64,000 nucleotides of DNA from Candidatus Acetothermia bacterium (GTDB lineage Bacteria > Bipolaricaulota > Bipolaricaulia > RBG-16-55-9 > JANLFV01). Position numbers and translations under genes: made by a program. The stretch is taken from contig JANLFV010000007.1 in assembly GCA_024653345.1 (NCBI GenBank), positions 4,605-68,604 of the forward strand. The letters run 5' to 3'. Positions 47,867 through 57,179 of this stretch are shown piece after piece. The notes under the pieces were generated by a model. That model searched no databases and had not been told where the DNA came from. It worked only from the letters and a program-made list of their open reading frames with translations. The number at the start of each line of letters is the position of its first letter. Position 1 is the stretch's first letter.

Positions 47867-48358
47867 ATGAGCGAACGGATGAGGAAGCGGATCGAGGGCT
47901 GGCTGCGGGAGGAGGGGCAGTTCGCGCGGTATCTGAAGGATGAGAACGCCAACTGGGTCATCCTGGCCAACCATCCGCGCAACCAGCCGACGACGATCAC
48001 CGTCTTCAACCCCTTGGCCAGCCCGGGGCGGGTCGTCCTCCAGATGGTCCTCAACATCGCCGAGGACGCCCAGCAGCCCTTCCGGAAGATGAGCCAGCGC
48101 GACCGCGAGGCCTTCCTCTTGGACCTGCGGATGGAGGCGAACCGCCGCCCGACGGAGTTCGGGATGGTCCACCCCGACGGGATCCTGCAGCGGATCACCG
48201 TGTCCTATGAGATTTTCGAGGATGAAATGACCAAGGGCAAGCTCTTCCTGGGGATGCGGGAGGTCTACAAGTCGCTCCTCCAGATGCAATGGTTCCTTCA
48301 GACGCGGCTCGGCGTGGCAAGGGGGAAGGAGGATGAGTCCGGGATCGGGTTCCGTTAG
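47867..48358 (+). CDS. hypothetical cytoplasmic protein
   Basis: 163 aa with good codon bias. I recognise no family with confidence (possibly a YbjN/DUF2299-like fold). Confidence 0.5.
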   Translation: MSERMRKRIEGWLREEGQFARYLKDENANWVILANHPRNQPTTITVFNPLASPGRVVLQMVLNIAEDAQQPFRKMSQRDREAFLLDLRMEANRRPTEFGMVHPDGILQRITVSYEIFEDEMTKGKLFLGMREVYKSLLQMQWFLQTRLGVARGKEDESGIGFR

Positions 48359-48519
48359 CCCTTCCACCAGAAGAGCAGGGCGCAGGCGATCGTCAATCCC
48401 AACGCCACGGCCACGAGGATCGGGAGCCAGAACGGCGCACGGCGATAGATGAGGTTCGTCAGGAAGAGCCCGACGAGCGAGAAGATGGCCCCGATGAAGA
48501 TCGCCGCGGTCGGCGGCAT
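48355..48519 (-). CDS. 54-aa two-TM membrane protein (hypothetical)
   Basis: Own translation: MPPTAAIFIGAIFSLVGLFLTNLIYRRAPFWLPILVAVALGLTIACALLFWWKG. The SD is GGGAGGGGGG, it lies directly downstream of trxB, and codons end in G/C. It is below the track cutoff. Confidence 0.5.
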   Translation of the reverse strand: MPPTAAIFIGAIFSLVGLFLTNLIYRRAPFWLPILVAVALGLTIACALLFWWKG

Positions 48520-48520
48520 G

Positions 48521-49525
48521 CTATCCCCCCTCCCTGGAGATGAACAGTCGCTTCTTTTCAGGTGCTGCAGCCTCCTCGCGTGAGCTCTCCTCCAGCCCGC
48601 GCTCGACGAGCTTCCCGGATTCGACGAGGTAGCGATAGGCGCTGAGGGCGGCCTGGGCCCCCTGCCCGGCGGCGATCACGATCTGCTTGTCCAGGCCAGC
48701 GACGACATCCCCCGCGGCGAAGACTCCCGGGACCGAAGTCCGACAGGCCCCGTCGAAGATGATCTCACCCCGCTCGTTCAACTTGAGGAAGCCGCGAAGG
48801 AAGTCGGTGTTCGGAATGTTCCCGATCTCGACGAAGACCCCTTCAACCTCTAGCTCCTCGCGCTTCCCGGACTTCAAGCGCTCGATCAATAGGCCGTTGA
48901 CGAACTGATCGCCCTTGATCTCCACGACCCTGTGCTCTTGGTAGGCCCTGACCTTCTCGGCGCCGAGGACTTGCCGCTGGAGGATCGGGTCGGCGAACCA
49001 GCGCTCGGCGATGTCCACAATGTAGATCCGCGAGGCGATGGGCAGGAGGTCGATCGCCCCGCCGAAGGCCGAGTTCCCCCCGCCGATGACCGCAACCCGC
49101 TTGCCCTTGTATAGAGGCCCGTCACAGGTGGCACAATACGAGACCCCTCGGCCGGTGAACTCCTCCTCTCCGGGGACCCCGAGCGGTTTCGGTCGCCCCC
49201 CGGTGGCAATGAGGACTGCTTGAGCCAGGATGGTCTCCCCAGCGGTCGTCAGCAGCTCGAAGTTGCCTTTTTTCTCTCTTATCCCGACTACCTCCACGCC
49301 CAACTGCTGCTCCACCCCGTAGTGCTCGACATGTTTTCTGAATGATTCCGCCAGCTCGAACCCCCCGATCTCGATCGCCCCCGGCCAACTGTGGATGGAA
49401 GAGGCCAGCAGAAGCTGCCCCCCTTGCTCCTTGGCGATCAGGAGGGTCTTCAGGACCTTCCTCGCGGCGTAGATCGCGGCGGTCATCGCTGCCGGCCCGC
49501 CGCCAATGATCGCGAGATCATACAT
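48521..49525 (-). CDS. trxB: thioredoxin-disulfide reductase
   Basis: Start at MYDLAIIGGGPAAMTAAIYAAR. Redox-active CATC. Also GGGNSA and GDV. Confidence 0.85.
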   Translation of the reverse strand: MYDLAIIGGGPAAMTAAIYAARKVLKTLLIAKEQGGQLLLASSIHSWPGAIEIGGFELAESFRKHVEHYGVEQQLGVEVVGIREKKGNFELLTTAGETILAQAVLIATGGRPKPLGVPGEEEFTGRGVSYCATCDGPLYKGKRVAVIGGGNSAFGGAIDLLPIASRIYIVDIAERWFADPILQRQVLGAEKVRAYQEHRVVEIKGDQFVNGLLIERLKSGKREELEVEGVFVEIGNIPNTDFLRGFLKLNERGEIIFDGACRTSVPGVFAAGDVVAGLDKQIVIAAGQGAQAALSAYRYLVESGKLVERGLEESSREEAAAPEKKRLFISREGG

Positions 49526-49598
49526 TGCGCCTTCCTCCTCCTTTTCCTTGCTCACCGATTGTAGCCCCCGGTGAGGAGCGGGGCAACCGGAGGCCCGT

Positions 49599-50645
49599 TC
49601 AGCGGCCCAGCCTCTCCCAGGCCACATGGTCCCGGACGAGCCTCTCGACCAGCTCGAGCTTCTCCCTCTTGGGGGAGAGCTGCGGCTCGACCGCCTCCAC
49701 GCGCTGGGCTGTGGTGTAAGTGTCGTCGGGGACGAGCAGGATGGGGATCTTGAGGTCATCGGCCTTAGAGATGACGACCTGGTCAGGGTAGACGCCGCCG
49801 GTGAGGATCAGGCAGCTTGTGGAAACCTCACAGGCGGCGATCTGCATGTCCGCGCGGTCGCCGCCCGTGATCAGGGCGACATCCCTGTATCTCCGCAGGC
49901 CGCGGAGCGCCTGATCGACGGTCATCGCCCCGACGAGGACGCTCCCGACGCGCCGCTCGAGCCCTGGTTCGCCCGCAAGGACTCGGGCGTTGAGTGCCTC
50001 CGCCAGCTGGCGCGGGGTGAGGGGCGCCAGTTCCCCAGCCCAGGGGATGATCCCCAAGACCTCCAGGCCCCGCTCCTCCAGAGCGGGCTGGGCGACCTCG
50101 GCCATCTCCTCCCGCTCCTCCTCGCGCACGCCGTTGATCACCACGCCGAGGATCGCTGCCCCGTGAGAGCGGACGAAGTAGGCCGCGGCCAAGGCCTTAT
50201 CTACCACCACTCCCAAGCCACCGTTAGCTACGAGGAGGATCGGGCTCCCACTCGCGGCCCCCAGCTCGGCCACGGAGAGCCCCAGGAAGCTGCCGTAGGA
50301 GTAGTTCCGCGGCCCCTCGATCAGCATCAGTTCCTTCCCCTGGGAGAGCTCCTCCAGCCTCTCCAGGACCGTCCTCCGGAGGTCCTCCCCTCGGCGGTCC
50401 TCGATCAGGGTAGTGTAGTCATGGATCAGCGAGAGCCGTTCGACTTCCTCCGGGATCGAGAGGGCCGTGTGGAAGAGCTCGGCATCGCGGTCGCAGATCA
50501 GTCCCCCCCGGGAGACGAGCCGGTCAGCCAGGGGCTTGAAGTAGCCGACCCGCTCGCCCTGAGCTTGAGTGAGGAGCCCGAGCCCCAGCCCGATCACGGT
50601 CTTCCCCGCCGATGTCCGTGTGGAAGCGATCAGAACCTTCATCAT
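49599..50645 (-). CDS. phosphotransacetylase N-terminal-like protein (BioD/CobQ-type P-loop plus DRTGG domain), lacking the PTA catalytic domain
   Basis: 348 aa with MKVLIASTRTSAGKTVIGLGL, YFKP and ALITGGDRADMQIAA. It has an ATGA overlap with the acetyl-CoA synthetase gene. Confidence 0.65.
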   Translation of the reverse strand: MMKVLIASTRTSAGKTVIGLGLGLLTQAQGERVGYFKPLADRLVSRGGLICDRDAELFHTALSIPEEVERLSLIHDYTTLIEDRRGEDLRRTVLERLEELSQGKELMLIEGPRNYSYGSFLGLSVAELGAASGSPILLVANGGLGVVVDKALAAAYFVRSHGAAILGVVINGVREEEREEMAEVAQPALEERGLEVLGIIPWAGELAPLTPRQLAEALNARVLAGEPGLERRVGSVLVGAMTVDQALRGLRRYRDVALITGGDRADMQIAACEVSTSCLILTGGVYPDQVVISKADDLKIPILLVPDDTYTTAQRVEAVEPQLSPKREKLELVERLVRDHVAWERLGR

Positions 50646-52783
50646 CTCACCTCGCTTATCGTCATCCGCGCGTCCAGGACGAGGCAGCCCTCCCCCTCCG
50701 GCATGACCCGGAGCGGGTTGATGTCGAGCTCGCTGATCTCAGGGAACCGCGCGACCAGGGCCGCGATGCGGTAGAGTGCCTCGGCCAGGGCCTCTATGTC
50801 CTTCCGCAGCTCCCCGCGGATGCCGCGGAGGAGCGCTGCCGACCTGATCTTACCGATCATCTCCCGCGCCTCCTGGTGTGAGAGCGGGGCGACGCGAAAG
50901 ACCACATCCTTCAAGACCTCCACATAGATGCCGCCAAGGCCGAACATCACCGTCGGGCCGAAGGAGGGATCACGAGAAGCGCCGACGATCGCCTCCACGC
51001 CCCCGGTAATGAACTTCGTCACGAGGACGCCCCGGAGCGGGGCGCGGGGGTAGCTCCGTCCGACCGCGGCAAGCATCTCCTGATAGGCTCCGCGCAGGTC
51101 TCGCTCCCCTCTCAAGTTGAGTCTGATCCCGCCCGCCTCGGTCTTGTGAAGGATCTGCTCGGAGATGATCTTCAGCACCAGTGGATAGCCGAGCTCCTCC
51201 CCGGCTTGAAGGGCCTCCTTCAGCGAGTGAGCGACGCGGTATTCGGGCACCTCCAGGCCCAAGAGCTGGAGGATCTCCTTCACCTCCGGCTCGAGGAATT
51301 GGAGCCTCCCCTCAGTCCAGGCCCCCTTGAGCACCGCCTCGATTCCGGCCCAGTCCACCTCGAGCTCCGGCTCGCCCCGCGGAAGGGGCCGGTCCCGATA
51401 GTCCTTCCAGCGGTAGAGCGCGGCGAGCGCCCGGACGGCCTCCTCCGGCTCGTCGTAGGCCGCGATCCCCGCGCGGTTGAGCAGCTTGACCGCCTCGACC
51501 GTCTCCGCCCCGCCGAGCATCGCCACGACCAGGGGCTTCGTCCCATCATATTCCTCGATGATCGCCTGAGCGAAGTCCCGGGGGATCTGCTCCGCGCCCA
51601 TGCAGTAAAGGATGATGATCGCGTGGAGCCTCTCCTCTTCCAGGGCCCCCCTTAGGGCCAGCCGGTATTCGTTGGGGGTCGCCATCCCCGTGAGATCGAT
51701 CGGATTCTTCAGCGAGCCGAACTCCGGGGCAGCCTCACGGAATAACCTCTCGAGCAGGGGGAGGTCGTCGAGCAGGTAGATCCCCTGCTCCTCAGCGGCG
51801 TCGGTGGCGAGGACCCCCACCCCGCCGCCGTTGGTGATGATCACGGTGTTCCGCCCCGCGGGGAGCGGCTGGGAGGCGAGCGCGCGGGCCCAATTGAAGG
51901 CCTCATCGGGATCGGGAGCGCGGAGGATCCCCGCCTGCTCGAAGCCGGCGGAGAAGACTGCGTCGCTTCCTGCTAGCGCTCCGGTATGCGAGGCCGCCGC
52001 GCGCGCGCCCTTCTGCGACCGCCCCGCCTTGATGGCGATGATCGGCTTCTCCCGAACCACCTGCCGGGCCAACTGGAGCAGCTCTCGACCGCGCCGCGTC
52101 CCCTCGAGGTAGATGATGATCGTCCTAGCCTGCGGGTCCGCGGCGAAGAACTCCAGCAGCTCGACCTCGTCCAGGTCCGCCTTGTTCCCGACGCTGGCGA
52201 TCGCCACCAGCCCGATCTCCTCCATGATCGTTTTCCCCGTGAGGGCGATCCCGAGCGCGCCGGATTGCGTGATGAGCGCGATCTTCCCCGGCAGGATCTC
52301 CGTCGGCCCGAAGGTGGCATTCATCTTGGTCGGGGCGTAGTAGATCCCGAAGATGTTCGGCCCGAGGAACCTCATCCCATACCGGCGGGTGATCTCGACC
52401 AGCTCACGCTCTTCCGCGATCCGGCCGACCTCGGCAAACCCGGAGGCGAGGATGACCAGGAACCTCGTCCCCCGCCGGCCGCACTCCTCCATCACTTGCG
52501 GGACGATCGGAGCCGGGACGGCGATGATCGCGAGATCGAGCTCCTCCGGCACTTCCAGGACTGACCTGTAGCAGCGATACCCGAGGATCTCCGCGGTGTG
52601 GGGGTTGATCGGGTAGAGCCGGTTGGGAAAGCCATTCTGCACTAGGTTATACATCACCTTATAGCCGACCTTCTCCGGGTTGGCCGAGGCCCCGATCACC
52701 GCGAGGGCCTGGGGATTGAAGAGGCTGGCCAGGCCAGGCTGCTTCACTGCAGCCCTCTGGAGGGTCTCCTTCCGATCTGCCAT
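50642..52783 (-). CDS. ADP-forming acetyl-CoA synthetase (fused alpha/beta, NDP-forming acyl-CoA synthetase family)
   Basis: 713 aa with an N-terminal CoA-binding region (SLFNPQALAVIGASANPEKVGY), TQSGALG, GLGGIYVE and a C-terminal ATP-grasp. Confidence 0.85.
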   Translation of the reverse strand: MADRKETLQRAAVKQPGLASLFNPQALAVIGASANPEKVGYKVMYNLVQNGFPNRLYPINPHTAEILGYRCYRSVLEVPEELDLAIIAVPAPIVPQVMEECGRRGTRFLVILASGFAEVGRIAEERELVEITRRYGMRFLGPNIFGIYYAPTKMNATFGPTEILPGKIALITQSGALGIALTGKTIMEEIGLVAIASVGNKADLDEVELLEFFAADPQARTIIIYLEGTRRGRELLQLARQVVREKPIIAIKAGRSQKGARAAASHTGALAGSDAVFSAGFEQAGILRAPDPDEAFNWARALASQPLPAGRNTVIITNGGGVGVLATDAAEEQGIYLLDDLPLLERLFREAAPEFGSLKNPIDLTGMATPNEYRLALRGALEEERLHAIIILYCMGAEQIPRDFAQAIIEEYDGTKPLVVAMLGGAETVEAVKLLNRAGIAAYDEPEEAVRALAALYRWKDYRDRPLPRGEPELEVDWAGIEAVLKGAWTEGRLQFLEPEVKEILQLLGLEVPEYRVAHSLKEALQAGEELGYPLVLKIISEQILHKTEAGGIRLNLRGERDLRGAYQEMLAAVGRSYPRAPLRGVLVTKFITGGVEAIVGASRDPSFGPTVMFGLGGIYVEVLKDVVFRVAPLSHQEAREMIGKIRSAALLRGIRGELRKDIEALAEALYRIAALVARFPEISELDINPLRVMPEGEGCLVLDARMTISEVR

Positions 52784-52877
52784 CCCCTCCAGTATATCTT
52801 TCGAGCTGCCCCTGAGCCATGGCTCATCAAGGCGGAGCAGCCCCCAGGCTTAGGCCCGGCGGGCGGCAGTCGTCTGT

Positions 52878-53381
52878 TTACGTGACCTTCTTGAACATCT
52901 CTCGCCTTGCGCCGCAGATAGGACAGCGGTCGGGAAGGATGTTATCCGCGACATAGCCGCAGACTTGGCAGACATAGTAGTCCCCGACCTCGTCGCGGAG
53001 GAGCTTGCGCATGGCCTTCTCGTATAGTTCGCCGTGGACGGCCTCCACATCCATGGCGTGGGTGAAGCTGAGAGCCGCAGCGCGCTCGCCCTCCTCCTCA
53101 GCGACCTTGATGAACTGCGGATAGTAGACCGAATTGACGGTCCGCTCCTGGTTGAAGGAGTAGGCCAGGTTCTCCTCGGTGCTCCTGATCGCGGCCTCAC
53201 CGAGCAGGCGGAGGTGGTTCAAGGCATGAACCCGCTCAGCCTCGGAGATCGCCCGGAAGAGCTTCGCCACCTGAGGGAAGCCGTCCTTCTCCGCCCGCTC
53301 GGCGAACGCCTGGAGCCGGATGTGGGCCTTGGCCTCGCCCACGAACGCCTCAAATAGGTTCTTCCTCGTCTGCTCGCCCAT
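52878..53381 (-). CDS. rubrerythrin
   Basis: 167 aa with the ExxH diiron region (EAKAHIRLQAF...EAERVHA) and a C-terminal rubredoxin-like CQVCGY...CPICGA. Confidence 0.9.
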   Translation of the reverse strand: MGEQTRKNLFEAFVGEAKAHIRLQAFAERAEKDGFPQVAKLFRAISEAERVHALNHLRLLGEAAIRSTEENLAYSFNQERTVNSVYYPQFIKVAEEEGERAAALSFTHAMDVEAVHGELYEKAMRKLLRDEVGDYYVCQVCGYVADNILPDRCPICGARREMFKKVT

Positions 53382-53441
53382 CTCTCCCCGTCACCGGGTC
53401 GAGTGGTCAGCTTAGCCTGGATCGGCCTTCCAGGGCAAGAT

Positions 53442-53483
53442 TTGACACCGCCGACGGGTGGGCATACAATTAGCGAAGCTAAT
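53442..53483 (+). promoter_or_regulatory. promoter TTGACA-N17-TACAAT with an overlapping inverted repeat ATTAGC-N3-GCTAAT (candidate operator)
   Basis: Read directly. The repeat spans 53469-53483 across the -10 box and start site of the nitroreductase operon, divergent from rubrerythrin. Confidence 0.5.
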
Positions 53484-53507
53484 CGGCTGCGGAATAGGAG
53501 GTAAGGC

Positions 53508-54092
53508 GTGGAAGATAACGCGATCTTGCGCGCGATCAAGGAGCGGCGGAGCATCATCAGATTTGAGCCTAAGCCCGTTTCAGAAGAGCAGCTCCAGACG
53601 ATCCTCGAGGCCGGGCGGTGGGCCCCCTCGTTCGCCAACTCCCAGCCGTGGGAGTTCATCGTCGTCCGGGAGAAGGGGCTCTTGGCCGAGCTGAACGGAC
53701 TGGTCCAGCGGATCGCCATCGCCAGGCGGGGAAAGGTCGTGATCAGCAAGGCCGGGCTCGGCGAGGCCCCCCTGGCGATCGTCGTGGCCGTCGACCCCTG
53801 GAAGGACCTGCAGCACCATGTCGAGGCCGGGACGGCCGCGGCCCAGAACATGGCCCTCGCGGCCCACAGCCTCGGGCTGGCGAGCTACTGGGCCGGGGTC
53901 TATAGCCCCCGCGGCGGGCGCGGGACTCCGGAGGCGAAAATCAAGAAACTCCTGGACATCCCGGAGGAGCACCGCGTGATCGCCCTCCTCCCGATCGGCT
54001 TCCCGGCCTACAAGGACCAGGGCGAGCGACGCGAGCTGGCCGAGCTGGTCCACTACGACCGCTATCGCGGGGGCGGGAAGGAGGAGAAGTGA
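53508..54092 (+). CDS. nitroreductase-family protein
   Basis: 194 aa with ILRAIKERRSIIRF and ILEAGRWAPSFANSQPWEFIVV. Confidence 0.8.
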   Translation: MEDNAILRAIKERRSIIRFEPKPVSEEQLQTILEAGRWAPSFANSQPWEFIVVREKGLLAELNGLVQRIAIARRGKVVISKAGLGEAPLAIVVAVDPWKDLQHHVEAGTAAAQNMALAAHSLGLASYWAGVYSPRGGRGTPEAKIKKLLDIPEEHRVIALLPIGFPAYKDQGERRELAELVHYDRYRGGGKEEK

Positions 54093-54379
54093 AATTCCGT
54101 TGCATCGAATGTAGGGCTGTCTTCTATAGCGATGAGCCGCTTGGGGCCTGCTCCCTCTGCGGCGGGGAGGTCCAGGAGGAACAGCCCCAGGAGCGGGCAC
54201 GCTGCCGTTGCGCGGGGCGCGAGGCGGAGATCGAGCTCTGCTATGGGATCCCCATCTGCGAATACTTCGTGCTCAACAATGCCCCCGGGTCGCGCTGCAC
54301 TTACTTCGCCCTCCCGCGGCGCTGCCGCGTCGAGCGCCTCCCGGAGTATCAGCCCCGAGCGGGGCTGGTCGAGAAATAG
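54089..54379 (+). CDS. Cys-rich small protein with an N-terminal zinc ribbon (hypothetical)
   Basis: 96 aa with CIEC...CSLCG, then CRC, C..IPIC, C and C. A GTGA overlap joins it to the nitroreductase stop. Confidence 0.5.
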   Translation: MKFRCIECRAVFYSDEPLGACSLCGGEVQEEQPQERARCRCAGREAEIELCYGIPICEYFVLNNAPGSRCTYFALPRRCRVERLPEYQPRAGLVEK

Positions 54380-54384
54380 CCCGC

Positions 54385-56151
54385 ATGGCCGAGAAGGTCA
54401 TCAGCCGGCTCAGCTTCAAGATCGGCGGCGAGGCCGGCCAGGGGGTGGAGTCGAGCGGCGCGGGGTTCGCCAAGGCCCTCGCCCGCGGCGGGCTCCACAT
54501 CTTCGCCTATCAAGACTACATGTCCCGGATCCGCGGGGGCCACAACTTCTTCCAGATCCGGGTGGCCGAAAGGCCCATCTACTCCCACACCGACGAGATC
54601 GAGCTCCTTCTGGCCCTCACCGCTGAGGCCGTCGAACGCCACCTCCCCGAGCTCGTCCCCGGCGGGGGGATCATCGCCGACGAGGAGCTGAAGCTAGAGG
54701 AAGGCCCCTTAGCGGACCGGGGGGTTAGGCTCTTCCGGCTCCCTCTGGCCAGGATCGCCCTCGAGGAGGGCGGAAGCCGCGTGATGCTCAATACCGCGGC
54801 CTTGGGGGCCGCGGCGGGGCTCACCAATTACAAGCTCGAGCACCTCGAGTCCGTGATCGAGGACAACTTCAAGGTCAAGGGGACCCAGATCGTCCGGGCC
54901 AACCTCGCGGTCGTCCGCGCGGCCTATGAGTATGCCCAGCAGCGGTATGCCGCCGACTTTGGGTATGAGCTGAAGGGGCTTGTAGCCCCCAAGCGAATGG
55001 TCCTCTCGGGGAATACGGCCATCTGCCTCGGGGCCGTCGCCGCGGGGTGCAGGTTCCTCGCGGCTTACCCCATGACTCCCACAACGGGGATCTTGGAGTG
55101 GTTCGCCGGCCATGCCGGCCGGCTCGGGCTGGTCTTCAAGCAGACCGAGGACGAGATCGCCGCGATCACCATGGCCATCGGGGCGGCCCACATGGGCCTC
55201 CGGGCGATGTGCGCCACCTCCGGCGGGGGTTTTTCATTGATGGTCGAGGCCCTCGGCCTGGCGGGGATGACCGAGACACCCCTAGTGATTGTCGAAGGCC
55301 AGCGGCCGGGGCCATCGACCGGCCTCCCGACCAAGACCGAGCAAGGGGATTTGCTCTTCGTCATCCACGCCTCCCAGGGGGAGTTCCCTCGTATTGTGTT
55401 GACACCGGGGACGGCGGAAGAGGCCTTTTGGGCCGGCGCGGAGGCCTTCAACCTCGCCGAACGCTACCAGTGCCCGGTGATCATCCTGAGCGACCACTTC
55501 CTGGGGACTTCCTTGCGGACAGTCGAGCCCGACCGGCTCAAGCTGGAGGATATTCGGATCGACCGCGGCGAGCTCCTCACCCCGGAGGAGCTAGATCGGC
55601 TCGAGGACTACAAGCGCTTCCGCTTCACCGAGACGGGGATCTCGCCGCGGGCCCTCCCGGGGCACCCCAAGGCTGTCTATGTCGCCACCGGGGACGAGCA
55701 CGCCGAGGACGGCCGGATCACCGAGGACCCCCTCCTCCGCCGGAAGATGGTGGAGAAGAGGATGAAGAAGCTCGAGCTGGCCCGCCGGGAGCTCCCAGCC
55801 CCGGGGCTATATGGCCACAAGGAGGCTGAGCTGACCTTCGTGGCCTGGGGCTCGACCCTCGGGCCCCTCCGGGAGACGGTCGAGCGGCTCAATTCCCAAG
55901 GGAGGCGGGTCAGGCTGCTCCACTTCCGGACCATCTGGCCCTTCCCCGAGGGGGCGGAGGAGGCCCTGGCTCAGGCCAAGCACTTGATCGCGGTCGAGGG
56001 GAATTACAGCGGCCAGCTTGCCGGACTGATCCGCCGCGAGACCGGGCTCAAGGTCGAGGGCCTGATCTCAAAATACGACGGGCTCCCATTCTCGCCGGGG
56101 TATATCCTCGAGAAGTTGCGAGAGTTAGAGGAGGTGAAGGCCGGTGCTTGA
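54385..56151 (+). CDS. korA: 2-oxoacid:ferredoxin oxidoreductase, fused gamma/alpha-type subunit
   Basis: Start at MAEKVISRLSFKIGGEAGQGV. Also YPMTPTT. The longer track ORF (54208) overlaps the previous gene in another frame. Confidence 0.85.
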   Translation: MAEKVISRLSFKIGGEAGQGVESSGAGFAKALARGGLHIFAYQDYMSRIRGGHNFFQIRVAERPIYSHTDEIELLLALTAEAVERHLPELVPGGGIIADEELKLEEGPLADRGVRLFRLPLARIALEEGGSRVMLNTAALGAAAGLTNYKLEHLESVIEDNFKVKGTQIVRANLAVVRAAYEYAQQRYAADFGYELKGLVAPKRMVLSGNTAICLGAVAAGCRFLAAYPMTPTTGILEWFAGHAGRLGLVFKQTEDEIAAITMAIGAAHMGLRAMCATSGGGFSLMVEALGLAGMTETPLVIVEGQRPGPSTGLPTKTEQGDLLFVIHASQGEFPRIVLTPGTAEEAFWAGAEAFNLAERYQCPVIILSDHFLGTSLRTVEPDRLKLEDIRIDRGELLTPEELDRLEDYKRFRFTETGISPRALPGHPKAVYVATGDEHAEDGRITEDPLLRRKMVEKRMKKLELARRELPAPGLYGHKEAELTFVAWGSTLGPLRETVERLNSQGRRVRLLHFRTIWPFPEGAEEALAQAKHLIAVEGNYSGQLAGLIRRETGLKVEGLISKYDGLPFSPGYILEKLRELEEVKAGA

Positions 56152-57007
56152 CCTCAGGCTCTACCAAGGCCGGGAGAAGCCGACCTGGTGCCCCGGGTGC
56201 GGCGATTACGGCATTCTAGCAGCGGTGAAGAATGCCCTGGCGGAGCTGGAGATCCCGCCCCACCGGGCTCTCATTGTTTCAGGGATCGGCTGCGGGAGCA
56301 AGTTACCCCACTATATGAAGGTGAACGGCTTCCACGGGATCCACGGCCGGGCCCTCCCGATCGCCACCGGCGCCAAGCTGGCCAACCACGAGCTGACTGT
56401 GCTAGTCGTGGCTGGGGACGGCGACAGCTACGGGATCGGAGGGAACCATCTAGTGCACGCCTGCCGCCGGAACCCCGATATCACCCATCTGGTCCAAGAC
56501 AACCGCGTCTACGGCCTCACCAAGGGGCAGTATTCCCCCACCTCGGAGCGGGGCTTCCTCACCGTCACCTCGCCTGAAGGCTCGGTCGAGCTTGCGGTGA
56601 ACCCCCTGGCGCTGGCCATCGCCGCCGGGGCGGGGTTCGTGGCCCGAGGCTATGTCGGGGACCTGAAGCACCTCATGGGCCTGATCGTCCGAGGGGTGAA
56701 ACACAAGGGCTACGCGCTGATCGACATCCTCCAGCCGTGCGTGACCTTCAATCGGGTCAATACCTACGAGTTCTACAACGAGCGGGTCTACCGCCTCGAG
56801 GAGACGGACCACGACCCGCGCGACCGGCTCGCGGCCTTCCGGAAGGCCCTCGAATGGGGTGACCGGATCCCGATCGGCCTCTTCTACCGGGAGGAGCGGC
56901 CGACCCACGAGGAGGGCTTCCCGGCGCTGCGCGCGGGCCCGCTGGTCGAGCGGGAGTTGAAGCCCACTGCCGAGGAGTTCGCGGCCCTGAAGGCCGAATT
57001 CCTATAA
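56144..57007 (+). CDS. korB: 2-oxoacid:ferredoxin oxidoreductase beta (TPP-binding) subunit
   Basis: 287 aa with [17 protein letters not shown] and [12 protein letters not shown]. Confidence 0.9.
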   Translation: MLDLRLYQGREKPTWCPGCGDYGILAAVKNALAELEIPPHRALIVSGIGCGSKLPHYMKVNGFHGIHGRALPIATGAKLANHELTVLVVAGDGDSYGIGGNHLVHACRRNPDITHLVQDNRVYGLTKGQYSPTSERGFLTVTSPEGSVELAVNPLALAIAAGAGFVARGYVGDLKHLMGLIVRGVKHKGYALIDILQPCVTFNRVNTYEFYNERVYRLEETDHDPRDRLAAFRKALEWGDRIPIGLFYREERPTHEEGFPALRAGPLVERELKPTAEEFAALKAEFL

Positions 57008-57017
57008 AGGAGGGACC

Positions 57018-57179
57018 ATGGAGAAGTGGCAGTGCACCGTCTGCGGCTACATCTATGATCCGGAGAAGGGCGATCCCGACGGCGGGATCGACGAGGGGAC
57101 CCCGTTCGAGGACCTCCCGGCGGATTGGGTCTGCCCCGTCTGCGGGGCGGGGAAGGATATGTTTGAGAAACTCGAGTGA
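57018..57179 (+). CDS. rubredoxin
   Basis: Own translation: [53 protein letters not shown] (53 aa, below the track cutoff). The SD is AAGGAGGGA. Confidence 0.9.
   Translation: MEKWQCTVCGYIYDPEKGDPDGGIDEGTPFEDLPADWVCPVCGAGKDMFEKLE

Noticed and set aside
47042-48367. 441-aa minus-strand ORF spanning the ctp 3' end, the intergenic region, the cNMP gene and the next gene
   Set aside because: It crosses a clearly non-coding spacer, has junk composition, and lies antisense to better-supported genes.
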